Below are positions 36,342 to 50,130 of a stretch of DNA of 64,000 bases, in pieces. The position numbers were made by a program, and so were the translations under genes. Origin of the DNA: Octopus vulgaris (taxonomy: Eukaryota); NCBI GenBank assembly GCA_951406725.2, contig OX597828.1:64604001-64668000 (forward strand), written 5' to 3'. The notes beneath the pieces are model-generated. The model worked only from the letters and a program-made list of their open reading frames with translations. It had not been told where the DNA came from and did not search any database. Positions within the stretch are counted from its first letter, which is position 1, and each line of letters begins with the position of its first letter.

Positions 36342-37425
36342 GGCGCAGGTCTGACTGTGTAGTAAGAAGCTTGCTTTCCAACCATATGGTTTCGGGTTCA
36401 GTTCCACTGCGTGGCACGTTGGGCAAGTATCTTCTGCTGTAGACTCGGGCCGACCAAGCCTTTAAATCTTTACTACCCACATGGGGCTAAACACAGAAGG
36501 GACAAATAAGGACAGACAAACGGATTAAGTCGATTACATCGACCCCAGTGCGTAACTGGTACTTATTTAATCGACCCCGAAAGGATGAAAGGCAAAGTCG
36601 ACCTCGGCGGAATTTGAACTCAGAACGTAGCGGCAGACGAAATACATATTTCTTTATTGCCCACAAGGGGCTAAACACAGAGAGGACAAACAAGGACAGA
36701 CAAAGGGATTAAGGCGATACATCGACCCCAGTGCGAAACTGTTACTTAATTTATCGACCCCGAAAGGAGGAAAGGCAAAGTCGACCTCGGCGGAATTTGA
36801 ACTCAGAACGTAGCGGTAGACGAAATACCTATTTCTTTATTACCCACAAGGGGCTAAACACAGAGGGAACCCCAGTTCGTAACTGATACTTAATTTATCG
36901 ACCCCGAAAGGATGAAAGGCAAAGTCGACCTCGGCGGAATTTGAACTCACAACGTAACGCAGACGAAATACCGCTGAGCATTTCGCCCGGCATGCTAACG
37001 ATTCTGCCATTTTGCGGCTTATCCTTGTGAATGGATTTGGTTGACCAATCCTTGTGATTGGGGCCGATCAATGAATGGGCCCATTCAATCCTTGTGAATG
37101 GGGTCTTCTGCTGTAGACTCGGGGGCCGACCAATCCCTGTGAATGGATTTGATTGACAGAAACTGACATAAGCTCGTCGCATGCGCATATGTATATATCT
37201 ATGTGTGTGTATCTTTGAATCTGTGTTTGTCTGCCACCACCACTTGTCAACCGGTGTTGGTGTGTTTACGTCTCCGCAACTTAGCGGTTCGGCAAAAGAC
37301 CCATACAATAAGTACTAGGCCTAATAAAAGTCCTGGGTCGATTTTTCCGGCTAAAACCCTTCAAGGTGGTGCTCCAGCATGGCAGCAGTCAAATGAATGA
37401 AGCAAGTAAATAGATAACAGTAAAA
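36342..37425 (+). mobile_element. SINE family A interrupted by a SINE-B trimer and junctional duplications
   Basis: Head at 36342-36460; body resumes at ~37020; tail GGTGGTGCTCCAGCATGGCAGCAGTCAAATGAATGAAGC at ~37366-37410. Confidence 0.85.
36468..37008 (-). mobile_element. Tandem trimer of SINE family B with one head and three body+tail units
   Basis: Units at ~36829-37008, 36646-36828 and 36468-36645; both junctions read GAAATA(G/T)GTATTTCGTCT on the minus strand. Confidence 0.93.
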
Positions 37426-37435
37426 GATGTATATA

Positions 37436-37484
<49 letters not shown>

Positions 37485-38167
37485 AGAGAGGAAGGGAGAG
37501 AGAGAGAGAGAGAGAGAGCTGTCGGTGATTTCTTCATGAAATTGAAGATGAATTTCCCTGACAGTGACAGGGAGATAATCCATGAAAGTTAAAGTAAATT
37601 TACAGAATGTACGAGTTACTTCCCATACCACACATTTTAATCCAATCGCGTTTAACTAATCCCTAAGTTAATCATGATCGAGCCAACGAATGATCAAAGA
37701 CTCTCCAGCCATGACTCACTTCTCTATTTTAGGACCAGTATAACTACTGTACTAAATGTAGTCCTTTTTTATTTCTCAAGTCAGTGTTTGAATTTAGGTG
37801 CATTTCGCTGCTATTGTTAGCAGAGAGAATAGCCATGTAGAGTCACCGTCGTGGGTTCGATAGTAAATGAATACAAAGTACATTAAGTTCTAGTTGTATA
37901 CGGGTGGGTGTGGTCCAATTGACTACAAATCTAGGCTTGTACGATATCACATAAAAATAACGATTATTATTGTTGTCGCCGCCGCCACCGCCGTTGTCGT
38001 TGTTATTCTTGTTGTTGTTTGTCTAATTTCAGGTCAGCTCTCCATGATCAAATCTAGAATTTAGAAACGTTCCTTTCATAGCCATTTTGTCTTATGAATG
38101 GAGGATGTGATTCTTTGAAGTGAGATCCATCCACCCATCCATCCATCCATCCATCCATCCATCCATC

Positions 38168-38258
<91 letters not shown>

Positions 38259-38319
38259 CATCTATCGTGTATAAGGTATTTGAGGACAGTTATACACTTA
38301 CACAAAATTGACTCTTAGA

Positions 38320-39488
38320 TACAGACGATAATGGTTTCTTACTAAAAAAAATGGTTTTGAAGATAAGAATAAACATATTGTTTCGTCATTTTATTCAATA
38401 AAATATCCTTCAGCTTCAATAACGGCTTCTATGCGAGGTCTGAATCGCCTAGATGCCAGGATCGAGTGGTCTGTGTTCATATTGGATATATCTGACTATG
38501 GAGGCTTTTGATTGTGATCTGGGGGAGCTAGGAGGCCAAATGTTGGGGGTTATGTGGTCATGAATATTTTCCGCCATTCTTTCCTGCGTTGCTGTAGCCT
38601 TGTGTGATGGTGTCGAGTCTTGTTGAATCGTATAAGGTCTTCCATTGCGTACATTATTGATCCATGGCTTAACCACTGGATTCAGAACATCTATGTAGGC
38701 AGCAGATTTTACTCGAAGACCTTGTGGAAAGAGGTGAGGAGGCATCACATGTCCTTCATTGTTGACGACCCCCTAAAACCATGGCGGTTGCAGGGAATTT
38801 TGTATGCATTACTCTTGGAACTCCTGAAGGGTCTGTACATAGCCATCTGTCATTTCTTCTGTTTACTTTCTTATCTTGATCAAAGATTTTCTCGTCTGAG
38901 AAGAACCAAAGGACATCTTTCTCTTCTGGGTTTTTAAGTTTGTTCAGGGATCTTTTAAGCGATTTTCCTTCACTGTTTCTGACATGAAATGACCTTTTCT
39001 CATCGTATAAGATTTGTATCTGATGTCTTTGTGGACAACATTTCGGATTGTTCCTTCTGACACATGGTGTTCTTTTGCAACCAACGTTCATGGATCTTCT
39101 GAGATTGTCATTAATGGTCAGCTTTTCTTGTTGAATAAATTCTGGTGCTCTAATAGTATCAGTGTGTCTACAATGTTTCTTGCGTTTTGATACTGGCGAT
39201 AGACTTCCGTCTTTAGCCTCTAACTCTTTGCAAATTTTGTAGATTAAGGGTCTAGTGACTTTTAAAAATCGTGCTATCTCTAGATTGCTATGTTCAGCCT
39301 TTATAGTCACGATGACAGCGTGCCTTTTCATTTCTTGTGTAATCATAGGGTCTGCCATTGATAATTCTGACATATAGAAAATATTGATAAATATGAGAGT
39401 CAAGACTATTGAAAAGGTTGCAAGACGCAACGAAAATTTTAGGAAAATAAAAATAAGAAAAAAGTGGAAATTTTACCGGTGAGTGTGT
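38320..39488 (-). mobile_element. Decayed Tc1/mariner-superfamily transposon, maT (DD37D)-like
   Basis: ORFs 38756-39430 and 38449-38748 give an HTH-like N-terminus (EIARFLKV), WFFSDEKIF, NRRNDRW, VKPWI..PYTIQQDSTPSH and WPPSSP. The left boundary is approximate. Confidence 0.85.
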
Positions 39489-40186
39489 TACATTATAAGG
39501 CACAAATATACATTTTTTTAGCGAATGTTAAATATAAAAAGAAAATTAATGTTTAAATTATATATAAGGATAGAGATTACTTATATGAACTAAAGGTGTG
39601 TTCTAGCCAATGTTTACATCGGTATGCACGCTCTATATGTGTTGGAAAAACCAATCCTAACCGTATGTGAGTTGATAATAGAGTAATACCTATAAGGAAA
39701 AATCCAAAACGTGAATTGGTTGGGCAATAAGAAAAGCGAACCAGGTGCCTTGTGGTATTTTTACCAGCTTCTTTTCGTTGAAATCACGCCATGGCCTGCT
39801 TGAACGCTTGTCTTAACCCGTTGCTTGGTTTAGCACCGTAACCTAGCATTAAGTGGACCAGGTCTTCGATTTGATGGCACTTCTTTGTATTTCACCCACC
39901 CACCGTACCAGGGATCCACTAAAGGGTCACAAGAACTTATTGCCTGATTAAAAGATTTAAAGAAAACAACGATAAAGTGACTGAGTAGAGCATCCACGTT
40001 GGCGCGCACGGGGGCAATGTTGGTGAGTCGAGGTTAAGAACGTTGTCATAACTTCTATCTTTTCCACCTTTTTTTTTGATCAGTTATAAGTAAACATATA
40101 ACCACAGAAAGCCAATACTCGACGAAAACTACACAACAGGAGAGTATTGTGTATTTATATGCGTGCGTCCGTGCACGCTCACAAAG

Positions 40187-40224
<38 letters not shown>

Positions 40225-40360
40225 CACACACACATTTATATATTTGAATAGATAAAAACAGAGAAAAGATAGAGATGATAGATTATGAGAAATAGAAAAA
40301 GTGTAAATAGTGTAAATAATATATGCCTACATAAATATACCCTCTCCTCTACTCCCATGA

Positions 40361-40467
<107 letters not shown>

Positions 40468-41699
40468 AGAGAGAGAGAGAGAGGGTACGTACGCCGCTTG
40501 TTTATTTTCATAAAGCTTCCCGTTATATTCCATAACAATTGTTTTACGATTAGGAGGAGAGTGAAAAACTCTCAGATCATCTCATAAGTAATGTCTGCAT
40601 TTTAAAAGAAGAAAACAGTGGAGTCCAGTGGTGGGCGATCCACGGTGTTAGGCACAGAGACGATCGAGAAGTGTTGGATAGAATAGACTAGAACTGTCTG
40701 GCGGCCTGAGTCTAGCCTGAGTGTCCATGGTTTATGTACCATATAGAATTTTACCTCATTCAAGCAACAGTTTTTTCCCTTGATGTTTTGCGCACTCGTA
40801 TAGTCGTTATGTGAGTCTCAAATGCAGCGGAAAAAGAAAGAAAACGAAGATACTTGGAGATAAACCAATGCCAAAAGAACATCTCTTGCTAAAATTTGTC
40901 TCTGTATAGTTTTTTCAAACATGAAAGCAAATCTTTCAAGTTCTTATTCCTTTATTTAAATAATAGTTTTCATTTATCGTTTTCTCGTATTCCCAGTATG
41001 TGTGTTAGCGCGCGCATATGTGTGTGTATCTCACCTTCCCTCTCACTATATTATGCTATATTATATTATATTGTAATGTATTATATTCTCGTATTCTATT
41101 TATGCTATATTTTAAAATTTCTCCTATCGTTTATTTTGTTTCAGACATACGGAGAGATGGGCGACATAGACAAGACAAAGGGTTGAGAAGGAGTGTACAA
41201 AACATAATGAATATCGGAATAAGTCACGGTGTAGTTATACAATAGTTACTTCTCGCTTACAGAAGCGAGAAATGTTTATAATTACTCACGACAATAAACG
41301 ATATTCTCATACTTTTGAGATTGGAGTGTTTGAATTTTTAAAATCCTTATCGAAACTTTTCCTCCCATATTCAAACTGCGGTAAGTTTTATATAATTCTT
41401 TCATTATGTACTTACATCATATATATCGATTAATATTTTCTATGAATCACTTCCAAATTCTATAAACGAAATAGCTGTTAATGAATCTAAATAACCTTTA
41501 TTATAATGGTCGTAGACTGCATACATATTGCTGAAAATATAGTGTTAACCATAAAAATTACCAGCAGCATTGTTAACATCACTTTGCTTATTTCGAGGTG
41601 AAATATATAAAATTGAAGAGGTTTTTGCATCCATTGAAGCTGTCAGCAAAGATAGCGTAGCAAAATAATATTTCAGCAAACTTCGCAAAGTATAGAAAG

Positions 41700-43100
41700 G
41701 TTTGATCTGTCTGCATAATCCATAATGCATTCTCTCTTCTAATACAAGGACCAACATCTCGATAGTCAAAGAGCTCCGAAACTTAAACATTACGAAATGT
41801 ACTGGCCTTCATTAGCAACGTTCCAAATCGGGAGTGACTCTGATAAGATCTGTCTTAAACGAAAGCATGGGGATAGATACATAAGTTCCGTCCAGGCAGC
41901 CGTTGAGAAGCGCATCATTTCACTTAGACAACTCATACTGGACAGCAAGAGGGAAGTGGTTAGCAAGTACTTGTTATCTATACACAAGAGCAAACATAAC
42001 ATCATGAGATTGGGTGACGAACTATTGTATACGTGGAGGCGCAATGCCCCAGTGGTTTGAGCAGCGGACTCGCGATTTCGATTCCCAGACCGGGCGTTGT
42101 GAGTGTTTGAGCGAAAACACCTAAAGCTCCACGAGGCCCCGGTAGGGGATGGGGTGGCGATCCCTGCTGTACTCTTTCGCCGAAACTTTCTCTCACTCTT
42201 TCTTCTGTTGGCCTGCTCGCTTAGCCAGCGGGATGGCGTCATTTGAAAGCTAAAAACAATGCGAAGCTCATTGGGACCAGCGATGTGTAGCAACATCTGA
42301 TAGCCTGGTCGGTCACGATCACGGTGACTATTGAATGCATACTTCGGTTGTGCAACATTTGCATGTGGATTAGGGGAGGCTGGATTACTTTACTTGAACA
42401 GGAACTTGCAGAAAAGGCACCCATCATATATCAGAAAAAATCTATGCCGAGCACATATTCCACAAACTCAAGAATAACAAAAACACTAACAGAAATTGTA
42501 GTATATTTTGGAGTTGCGGTAGGTGCTTCACATCTAACCTAGAAGTTATCACTTTACTTTTCAGAAGCAGGATATAGCTAACAGGTACTTGATCTCATAG
42601 AGGAATAAAAGTGCTTCTGAGTCTCCTTTTTGTGATAGAAAATGGGAATTGTGCTTCATCAGTGTAGAGTAAACCACCCATATCCTCACTAACTGTTCAA
42701 AATGTTCAGAAAGAACTACCTTCTCATGCGACACAATATTGTAGCAAATACATTTATTTACAATATTATTTACAAGACATGTTCCGATGATTATACCCAA
42801 AGCACTCCAAGACCAGAATGCTTCCAGTCCTTTAAATCTCAGAATGCGTCCAGTCCTTTAAATCCCAGAATGTTTCCAGTCCTTTATATTTCAATAAAAG
42901 CAGCAATCTGGTGCAAACACAATTGGCTTGAAATTGTTCTAAGAGATATAGTATGAATGTCTAAAATTAGGGAAAAGGCAATAATCTATGGTAAACTGCC
43001 AAGGAAGTTACAGCTCATACGAAGATTATAGATTTTTACTTGAACAACAAATTTGCATGAGCGCCTATGCAACCTGAAGGCACTTCAAAAAAAGAACAAA
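41700..43100 (+). mobile_element. Old R4/Dong-like RLE LINE remnant split by SINE C
   Basis: SDSDKICLKRKHGDRYISSVQAAVEKRIISLRQL (similar to DRLYL.RK.GGRGL), QDIANRYLI, CDRKWELC..TTHILTNCSK..YLLMRHNIVA (CCHC region) and CKHNWLEIV (similar to KHNRPDIV). Confidence 0.7.
42035..42327 (+). mobile_element. SINE family C (tRNA-derived head)
   Basis: GGAGGCGCAATGCCCCAGTGG A-box-like and TTCGATTCCC B-box-like motifs; GC-rich body unlike its flanks; imperfect flanking repeat ACTATTG at 42021 and 42327. Confidence 0.75.
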
Positions 43101-43209
43101 GCCAACTGATTACAATCTTCGTATCATAATGAATTAGATGTAGGATGAAAATTGGTATTATCTACTTCTGCTTCTTAAAATGAATATATACACGCAGTCC
43201 CTAGCGCGT

Positions 43210-43323
<114 letters not shown>

Positions 43324-43728
43324 GCTATTGCATAAATTCAAATTTAACCACAGATGCTCCTAGTAATATGCGCACACGAGCTCATTTCGATATTCACAAA
43401 TCCCAGAAACGCAAACATAAAAGCATAGGGACATTATAAGTAAACTGAATTCTACGAAAACTAAATCTAAAGGGAAATACTTCATACATACGTACAAACA
43501 AAATCATCTCCGGTTATATGTAAAAGCAAATTCTCCGACTGACTTGCGAAGATTGATGAATACGCTACAGCGAATAAATTATGTATCTACTATTATTAGG
43601 GAAACTGGAGAGACCTACTTGCACATGAAATACTTTTTGACTGCTAGTTTGATAAATTACTTTTACGTTACTGTTATTTTGTGCCAATATTATAATATAC
43701 AATATTATAATATATCTAGATTATTAAC

Positions 43729-43896
43729 GGCGCAGGAGTGTCTGTGTGGTAAGTAGCTTGCTTACCAACCACATGGTTCCGGGTTCAGTCCCACTGCGTG
43801 GCACCTTGGGCAAGTGTCTTCTACTATAGCCTCGGGCAGACCAAAGCCTTGTGAGTGGATGGATCTGGTAGATGGAAACTGAAAGAAGCCCGTCGT

Positions 43897-43957
<61 letters not shown>

Positions 43958-43964
43958 CATATAT

Positions 43965-44015
<51 letters not shown>

Positions 44016-44036
44016 CACACATATATACATACACAC

Positions 44037-44094
<58 letters not shown>

Positions 44095-44305
44095 TTGTGT
44101 GTCTGTCTTTGTCCCCCACCCCAACATTGCTTGTCAATGACTGATGCTGGTGTGTTTACATCCCCGTCACTTAGCAGTTCGGCAAGAGAGTGCGATAGAA
44201 TATGTACTAGGCTTACAAAGAATAAGTCCTGGGGTCGATTTGCTCGACTAAAGGTGGTGCTCCAGCATTGCCGCATTCAAATGACTGAAACAAATAAAAG
44301 AAAAG
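43729..44305 (+). mobile_element. SINE family A, full length with expanded internal microsatellite
   Basis: GGCGCAGGAGTG head, B-box GGTTCAGTCCC, ~200-bp (TA)/(TG) interior and the standard tail. Confidence 0.95.
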
Positions 44306-44842
44306 GAATCTAAGTTTAGGCAAAGTTAAAAATATAATTTAAGTGTTACAAGACCCAGTTTCACTCTAACCGTGTGGTCAATTTCAAGGCATTCTTTCTT
44401 TTATCGATATGGAAGAAAAATTGTAAATATTGTCACTAAGTTAATATAGATAATAATATGATTTCACTATCTTTCTAAAATACGACTTAGTCAGAAAATA
44501 ATGGAAGCGCTCTGAAGTTTTAAACTTTAACAACAAAACCTCTTATTTTGCAGGAACAGCTGTTGCTCTGAAGGACTTGTCAAAACAATGCAATTTTTCA
44601 CTTGTATTGACCATTTTTCGGACATAATCAATCCTATAATCATAGTTAGGATTAACTGCACATTCCCTGAGTAATTATAGTTTATTGTCTGTCATATAGT
44701 TTACTGAAATACTATGGCTAATGAACAATTACACTTGATGCTCTGTATTAAGATCTACATTGTGTGACTAAACCTCTAATAACGACAATAATAATGCTTT
44801 CGTTCCATTGGACAAGGCTGTATTCATCATTGGAATAAGTCT

Positions 44843-45055
44843 GCGAACTAACGGAATCGTTAGCACGTAGGGCAAATTGTTAGCGACATCTCGTCCATCT
44901 TTACGTTCAGATTTCAAATTTCGATAAGGTTTTCTTTGCTTATCATACGTGGGGTTAATAAATTAAATACCAGTTGAAGACAGGGATTGATGTAACCGAC
45001 TTACCCTCGCACACGAAATTGCAAGCCTTGTGCCGAAATTTGCAACTAATAATTA
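44843..45055 (+). mobile_element. SINE family B, old subfamily with alternative tail
   Basis: Degenerate head GAATCGTTAGCACG; tail GCCTTGTGCCGAAATTTGCAAC followed by TAATAATT. Confidence 0.7.
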
Positions 45056-45838
45056 TTAATGGAATAACATTTCACAAAAACGTTTGTAACCTATATAAAA
45101 TATTTTCATTCTGAACCTATTTATTATTGCATTGTGCTCGGCACGATATCAACAAAACTATTATGTACTTTTAGCTTAAATGTGTCATTTATCTTTCGTA
45201 GGTAAACATATTTATGCATGCATGTATGTGTAGTTTGTTGCTTAGCATTTAGTCAAACGTGTTTGCGGTTTTATTATTTTATCAGAGATTTGTCACATCA
45301 AAAGCAAACTTTTGGGAAATAAAGTTTCCTTTCGTTCTTTCAAATCAAGAAAAAATATTTCTATTTTGCTTAATATGTTTTATTTTCTTTTTGAGAAGAC
45401 AGGATAGTGTAGAAATATCAACAAACCATTCACATCAAGCGAATGCTCTATTTATTGTGTTGTGTTTGTGTTAATCAAATGCTGCTGTAAGCAATTACTC
45501 TTTTTGCTTTTGTCTTTATCTTTCTTAGAACCTAACACATTGACTGTATGGTGTGAGTATATTTCGCATGAATACAACGAATTATATCTATACATAGTTT
45601 ATCAGTATTTGGCGCAAATCTATAGTTCTGCATTTGATTAAACGGACAAAAAAGAGATAATAGCTTATATTTAAATTTGTAAATATCAATTAATATAATG
45701 TTATAACAATATTTTCCTTAGGTCATATGTAAGAGTTTATATTTACAAACACACATACACACACGCACAAACACGCACACACACGCACACACATACATAC
45801 AGAGATGCACACAAGCGCACGCACACACAAACACACAA

Positions 45839-45908
<70 letters not shown>

Positions 45909-47399
45909 GTACATACAGTGGCTTAGGCATAGAGATATTGGTAACGTGTTATTAGATTTCAATACACATATGCTTCAGAATAAAGCATTAGTCACGTACA
46001 GAGTATTATATGAATTAACTGAATAACTACGAAATAGGAATTGCATAATTTGTTTCGTTAATTTCATTAGTTTAGTATTTTTTCTTCTATAAGAAGCAAT
46101 ACACTCTAAGCTGTATGTGTGTGCATCTTCTGATAGCTTCTTCAGAGCCTTTAAAACGAAGTACTTGTTCCTTTCGAACACTTCATTTCAAAAGCTCTGA
46201 GGAAGCTATAATATAATGCACAAGCACTCAACTCTGAGAGCACAGCTTCTAGCGGAAACATCTATAATCTAACGAAGTAATGAAGTTAATTCCCTATTAG
46301 TGTTTCCTTGTCATTCAATTAATTCACACTAACAGATATATGCATATGTGTGTGTGTGTGTGTGTATAAAGAGAGAGGGAGAAACATCTGTAAATAAGTT
46401 TAACCGAAACATATCGAAGAAAGGAGTTAGCAATTTGCATTTATTGCCTAGTTTACAACTCTTTCGTCAATTTCCATCATAACTAATCTACCACCATGTC
46501 GTTACCATGACAACGATGACCGAATTATTAACATATTACTTATTGTTCTTTTTGTGACGTTCGAGTGGTTAAATGTGCAGGGCGCAGTGAATGAAAAATT
46601 GCACAGTTCACGGAAATAATTTGATAATTGTTGACATGGAATGACTTGACGCAAAATTTCTTATAAAGGAAACCGGCGAAACAATTGTAAACAATACATT
46701 TAACCAAATTGGTAACACCGCATTCTTCGATATTTTTATGATATATATATATCTTAACTTAAACAAAAAAATGTATTAATCACTTGCAAATGATAAGCAT
46801 AAAAATATGTATGTAATATTAGTATAATTTTTTGTAGATAAAATTTAAAATATCATAAGACTTAATGACAGACATGCTCTCACAATTTTATCCTGCCCTT
46901 TCAGTATTGACCCGTTTCCCAAATATAATTTATTACACATTTTCCATCTATTGCGATTTAGGAGCTCATTACGTTGTATCATCATAAACAACAAATCTAA
47001 ATGTCTGCGACTGGCAACAAATTAAAGCTGATAGTTGCGATATTATCACATCTATTAATTACTAGTCGTGATTTTACAAGTGTTTCAAGAATTTCTGTAC
47101 CTGAGATAACCAGTAATATCGAAGAGAGTACAGACAGTTACATCCACACACTTAAAGACAATAACATTAAATTTCGTGGCAAGACTATAATGGTTTTATC
47201 TCTCTAATTATACGTGAAATGGAAAAGAAAATATTTAGAACTCTGGAAGCAAGGCATTCTGAGATATTATTCCTTTAATGTTTGTCAATTAAATGTATTA
47301 ATCCAGCGCATTGACGAAGTAGTTTTATTACCAAAATAAAATAAAACTGCGCGCTTGTATCTCTGTTTGTGGACGTGCCAGAGTTTTATTTTCTGTTAT

Positions 47400-47627
47400 A
47401 CTCTTTTACTCGCTTTTTACTCTTTTACTTGTTTCAGTCTTTTGACTGTGACCATGCTGGAGCACCGCCTTTAGTCGAGCAAATCGACTCCAGGACTTAT
47501 TCTTTGTAAACCTGGTACTTATTCTATCGGTCCCTTTTGCCGAACCGCTAAGTTACAGGGGCGTAAACACACAAGCATCGGTTTTCAAGCGATGTTGATG
47601 AGGATAAATACAGACACACAAACTTAT

Positions 47628-47668
<41 letters not shown>

Positions 47669-47839
47669 CATTTATATGACGGGCTTCATTCAGTTTCTGT
47701 CTACCAAATCCACTCACAAGGCTTTGGTCGGCCCGAGGCTATAGTAGAAGACACTTGCCCAAGGTGCCACGCAGTGGGACTGAACCCGACATCATGTGGT
47801 TGGTAAGCAAGCTACTTGCCACACAGCCACTCCTACGCC
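47400..47839 (-). mobile_element. SINE family A, full length
   Basis: Complete from head to tail, with a (GAGTAAAA)n-like terminal repeat. Confidence 0.95.
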
Positions 47840-48669
47840 TTATGTATATTTCCATTGAATTACAAATTTTACCTTTCCTTTCTAATACTATTTGAAACCT
47901 GTTTCTAATCTAAACATCTGTAAGGGAAAAATTGAGCGAAAGAGTGACTTGTAACATTTTGCTTTTTCAACTCAACGCAAAAAAAGAACGATAGAGAGAG
48001 AGAAAACTTTCCAAATGCCAGATTCCATTCACAAGAATAGTCATTTGGCTAGTATCAACTGCGGATATTACTGTAATCGAAAGTAGTGATTTTTTATGCT
48101 TATTTATACAGTGAATGGACTTGCACCAATGCTGGCCAATCAAGCGAGAACAGTAGGGGATAGCATATTTTTTCAATATGTCTTGCAAACCGAATTCAAA
48201 TAAAATGCAAAGAAAAGATTCTGATGTAATCGATATCGCTCTTGGAGTGTTGTGATATTTTAGCATTGTAATATTCATTTAGTTTTGTTTCGCTTTATAT
48301 TTATTTGTTTTCGTTACGCATATTAATATCTATAGATATCTGATACTTACAGAATTTTAGATTCATATGTTAGCGTGATATTTATAGAATTGTTTAATGG
48401 AATTTTTATTTGTTTATACAGCCATGCTCTCCCTCTCTCTTGACATCTTTGGAGAGGTGCATATATCCGTGTATGTATATATGCATGTATGTATGTATGT
48501 ATGTATGTATGTATGTATGTATGTATGTATGTATGTATGTATGTATGTATGTATGTATGTATGTATGTATGTATGTATGTATGGGGAAGCTACAAAGCTC
48601 TTTGCAACTTATATTGAAAACTCGAAGTTATGTCTTCGTTGTAACGGAAATATGTACACACACACACAA

Positions 48670-48711
<42 letters not shown>

Positions 48712-48811
48712 ATAATACATATAAATACGCAAATATTTATATATAGGTATACACATATACATTTTTGCTTACATATAGTTTTTTATGCAAGTGTGGCCGT
48801 GTGGGAAAAAG

Positions 48812-49045
48812 GGCGGCGAGCTGGCAAAAACGTTAGCACGCCGGGCGAAATGCATAGCCGTATTTCGTCTGCCGTTACATTCTGAGTTCAAATTCCGCCG
48901 AGGTTGACTTTGCCTTTCACCCTTTCGGGGTCGATAAATTAAGTACCAGTTACGCACTGGGTCGATATAATCGACTTAATCCATTTGTCTCTCCTTGTTT
49001 GTCCCCTCTGTGTGTAGCCCCTTGTGGGCAGTAAAGAAATAGGTA
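48812..49045 (+). mobile_element. SINE family B, full length
   Basis: GGCGGCGAGCTGGCA head through CCCCTTGTGGGCAGTAAAGAAATAGGTA. Confidence 0.95.
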
Positions 49046-49520
49046 TATTCAACGGCTTAGAATGGACTAAAATATATCAGATTTTCATGTCGATAATTTT
49101 TATGGGAAAAGACATAATTCAGTATGTAATCGGGTTTCGATCCCGTGCTCATATGGCACTTTATAACATTCATATCGCTGAGAAATGTTGAGTGTTTCAC
49201 CATAACTTAACTTTGAGATTTCAAACTATTTTAAGAATTTTTTAAGAGTACCCTTGACAACAATCTAATACAACCATCAATTAAAACATTATAATCCGAG
49301 AAAATATTCTTTGCGACATATCTACTTAAAACTAACGTTGACGTCCACTTGCTTATATTTCTGGACGTCCAGTGTTTAACGATAAGTTGAAAACCAACTG
49401 GAAAAGGCTTTACTTTAGCTTAAGTCCCCAATTTCATGGTCCGCTGATTAATACATTAGCCACACTGATTTTCCTATCTCATCCATTCCATATAAATTAC
49501 CAAAGAGGTTTCGAAGGAAT

Positions 49521-49629
49521 GAATGTGTGTGTGTGTGTGTGTGTGTGTGCGTGCCTGCGTGTGCATGTGTGTGTGTTCGTATACATACATGCATGCAAAT
49601 ATGTCTATACATACATTCATATATGTATG

Positions 49630-49666
<37 letters not shown>

Positions 49667-50130
49667 GTGTGAGTGTGTCTATCGATCTATCTTTCTGTCT
49701 ACCTAAATATATACACACTGACATACATGTGTGTGTGTGTGTGTGTGCGTGTGTGTGTGTGCGTGTGTGTATATACATGTTCGCGTATGTGTGTCTGTCT
49801 ATAAGTATGTATGCATGTATGTATGTATGTATGTATGTATGTATGTATGTATGTATGTATGTATGTATGTATGTATGTATGTATGTATGTATGTATGTAT
49901 GTATGTATGCATGTATGTATGTATGTATGTATGTAAGTATATACGTACATATAGCTGACATATAAGATCAATCATAAATGCTTCAAAACTTACCGTTAAT
50001 GTTGGAGTATGTTGTTTCATTTCGTTGTATTGCATTACTAAATCCTCTCTCTTTCTCTCACTCACTCTCTCTTTCTCCCTCTTTCTCTCTCTCTTTCTCT
50101 CTTTCTCTCTCTCTCTCTTTCTCTCTCTCA
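49521..50130. repeat. Compound (TG)n/(TATG)n/(TC)n microsatellite field
   Basis: Directly visible. Confidence 0.9.

Noticed and set aside
36468-37008. CRISPR-like repeat-spacer array
   Set aside because: The units are whole ~180-bp SINE bodies with no unique spacers, the context is eukaryotic and there are no cas genes.
46214-46265. CTGAGAGC..GCGGAAACATC hammerhead-like string
   Set aside because: Core spacing is wrong and no stem I is evident; too degenerate to support.
48088-48210. Possible coding exon after a TTTATACAG acceptor (similar case after TTTTGCAG at ~44553)
   Set aside because: There is no recognisable protein similarity and no strong donor; such acceptors are common by chance in AT-rich DNA.
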